Below the pieces are notes generated by a model. That model saw nothing but the letters and a program-made list of their open reading frames with translations, made no database searches and was not told the DNA's origin. A stretch of 64,000 bases of DNA from Kondoa subrosea (Eukaryota): contig BCIN01000006.1 of NCBI GenBank assembly GCA_039545335.1, forward strand, positions 1,054,001 to 1,118,000, given 5' to 3'. Shown here in pieces: positions 61,599-64,000 of this stretch (its first letter is position 1; every line of letters starts with the position of its first letter). The translations under genes were made by a program, and so were the position numbers.

Positions 61599-64000
61599 TC
61601 ATACGCCCTCTGTCCCCATCGTCGAATTCCCTTGAGCATGACCCCCAGGATATGTAGAGCTAGAACGCCTGACTGGCACACTTGATGATACACTCATCCT
61701 TTCTGGTGTTTGTCGATGTTGATTATTGCTTGTCGGAGAGGCTGTCATGCGAGGCGAAGGACCACTGATGGTTTCTTCCGAATCTGAATCTCGCTTCCGA
61801 TGGAAAGTAGATGCTGTAGGTGTAGAAGGCATACCAGGTGAAGAGGTCCCACTTATAAGTGACGTTACGACATCCTGAAACTGTATAAATGCACAGCATC
61901 ACTTCAGATGCATTCCATCGAATGAACTCAATCAAGCTGAAAAGCTTTTGAAACTCACGGTGCCTTGAAATTCATTTTGTTGATTTCTAGGAGGTCTAGA
62001 AGAACTACTGGAAGGTATCCAGCTTGGACTTCCGCCGGCCAGATCTTGCTCTACTTCTGGTGATCCTGCTCGACTGTTGGCAGTATCTATTGCGAAATTG
62101 CTTTTGCTCTTCCGCAGTGCTTTCTTGGATGAATGTTTCCTTGACGCAGTTGCATTTGAAAAGACTGGGAGAAGGTAGCGTTCATCCAGGACATTGAACC
62201 ATTGTCCGTCTCTCCAAACTCTGCCCATAACGCCTTCCAATCCATCCGCATCCTCTGGACCAGCTTCTGGTAGATTTTCTGGATCGTCATAAGAGTCCAC
62301 CGAATCAAAGGATTGTGTCGAAGCACTTCTTTGTAGCCGGTTGACAGAATTGAGAGCAGCAGGCTGACCAGCTTGACGGTTTGCAGGCGGTCTCGAAGTA
62401 TCCCGGTACGGCATATCACTTGCGCCATTGCCTAAAGCTGAAAGAGGTGAGTCTGCATCTTCTGAATATTCTTCTACCGCTCTCATCGGGTACTTCGAGT
62501 TCAAGCCATGCCAACCGCCTGCTGGACCTCTTTGACCTGATCTCCTCCTTCCTATCTCAAATGGAGGCCCATCGTCTTCATCGGAAGAATCATCCCCTTC
62601 GTCCACACCTGTACGGATACCAACAATTTCGATCATTCGAGCTGTAGTTCCACCAAAGACGACCATAGTCAAAACAACAGTGACCAATACGGTTGTTCGT
62701 AAAGCGGCAGAATTGGGTCCTTTGATACTCGCTGCCAAAGCTACTCCTACTGCTCCTCTTAGTCCAGCCCAAAACAACATCATTTGATAAGAATGAGGAA
62801 TTTCAGGTGCTGATTGTTTCCGAGTTTTGGAGACAATGACGTTGATGAGTTTTGAGATTGGGAAGACGGCGCAGTATCGAGCTACACAGGCTCCTAAAGC
62901 CGTAACGAGGATAAAGATGGGCTTGTAAACGAGTTGCGTTTGGGTGAATAGTGATAAACCGAGGTAGATGAAGATGAAATTCTCGCAAAGTTGAGCTAGA
63001 GTAGCGAACATGTATTTCGATGTGCGTTGAGTTCTTCTTGACATATTGTGGTAGGCATAATGCTTCAAGGTGATACCACAGAAGAGGAGAGATACGATGC
63101 CGGACATGGTCAACGCATTGGAGAAGAAGTAAGAAGAGTATGCGATAAGGAAAACCAAACAGCCTTCAATGGCAGAATATGATGATAAGCTGGAGTGTTT
63201 GAGCATGAGAGAGCATCCAAGTCCGAATATGACGCCAAGAGCCATTGAGATGAAGAAGACCAACAAGAAAATACCCACACCATGGAAGAGCGAGCCAATG
63301 TGAACCTTTTCTCCATGAAATTGCGACACGGTTTCGAACATAACGATAGCGACCGCATCATTTAGAATCGATTCACCAAAAATGATTGAATACATCTTTG
63401 GATCCACCTTGAGCGCGTTGAAGATGGCCAGGATAGTGACTGGATCGGTAGCCGAAAGAGTAGAGCCGAATTGCAGGCATTCGACAATAGTGAGAGATAG
63501 TCCTTCTAGACCAAGCAGAGCCCAAACATAGACCAGTACACCAAGTACGACGGCTGATATAAAGGTACCTGCGAAAGCGAAGGCCAAGATGATTGCGAAG
63601 TTTCGGAAGAAGTTTTCCTGCATGCATGCGCGTCAACGACGTCGACGAATATATGGATACGATTCACCTGTTTCAGCTCGTAACCACTATTGAGAATAAT
63701 TGGAGGAAGAAGAACGTTCAACATGATCGTGTTCTGTTATAAATCGCGTTAATGGAGAACTGCTAAAGAGAGACAAGACAAGCCGGACCTTGAATGCCAG
63801 CATACTTTGCACAACGACACCAGGTAAAACTCGTATCAGAGCGCCGACGACCATGCCTATCGTGTTGCCGAAGGTTTTATTAGAGCTGTACTGAGAGCAG
63901 ACCATTGAGACTGACCGGCAAAGAGCGCAACGATTGTTTCGTGTATACTCTTGATCCGCCTAACTTTGAGATAATAGGACATCCAGAAACTGAGAATAAG
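61599..64000 (-). CDS. NHX1: Endosomal Na+(K+)/H+ antiporter Nhx1 (5' end outside window)
   Basis: IHETIVALFAG, NVLLPPIILNSGYELKQENFFRNF, GSTLSATDPVTILAIF, IFGESILNDAVAIV, MSGIVSLLFCGITLKHYAY, WAGLRGAVGVALA. Confidence 0.96.

Noticed and set aside
1..64000. tRNA, rRNA, intact transposon or viral genes
   Set aside because: No cloverleaf or T-loop signatures and no RT/integrase/transposase motifs seen by eye. Small ncRNAs such as snoRNAs cannot be excluded without an Infernal/Rfam search.

Overview
Gene-dense, intron-rich eukaryotic DNA with short introns (mostly ~40-60 nt GT-AG, CTRAY-like branch points). It is most consistent with a basidiomycete fungus, which is an inference from gene structure and protein style. 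The ORF track fragments almost every gene, so I spliced the gene models by eye. About 29 protein-coding genes are supported: SGNH hydrolase (partial), MYND-finger protein, Rds1/ferritin-like protein, SERTA-motif protein, CMS1, CDC27, asparagine synthetase, anthranilate synthase, a secreted His1 LPMO-like protein, CLASP-N protein, F-box/LRR protein, GT49-like protein, OTU deubiquitinase, DUS4, a hypothetical protein, AhpC/TSA-2 protein, RSM19, an HhH-GPD glycosylase, isochorismatase, MRPL36, a C2H2-RING protein, UPF2, a Ser-rich single-pass membrane protein, Rad26/ATRIP-like protein, RPB3, CHO2, a small coiled-coil protein, MAG1, a bacterial-type esterase and NHX1 (partial). I saw no rRNA, tRNA, CRISPR array or intact transposon. 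The most notable item is a 7-exon gene at 16131-17539 (-), visible only after splicing. It encodes a signal peptide, a mature N-terminal His, a second His and a Y-x-x-C strand, followed by a linker and a GPI-like tail: a candidate cell-surface copper His-brace protein that does not match the LPMO families I can recognise. All family calls come from motif recognition; no database searches were run.
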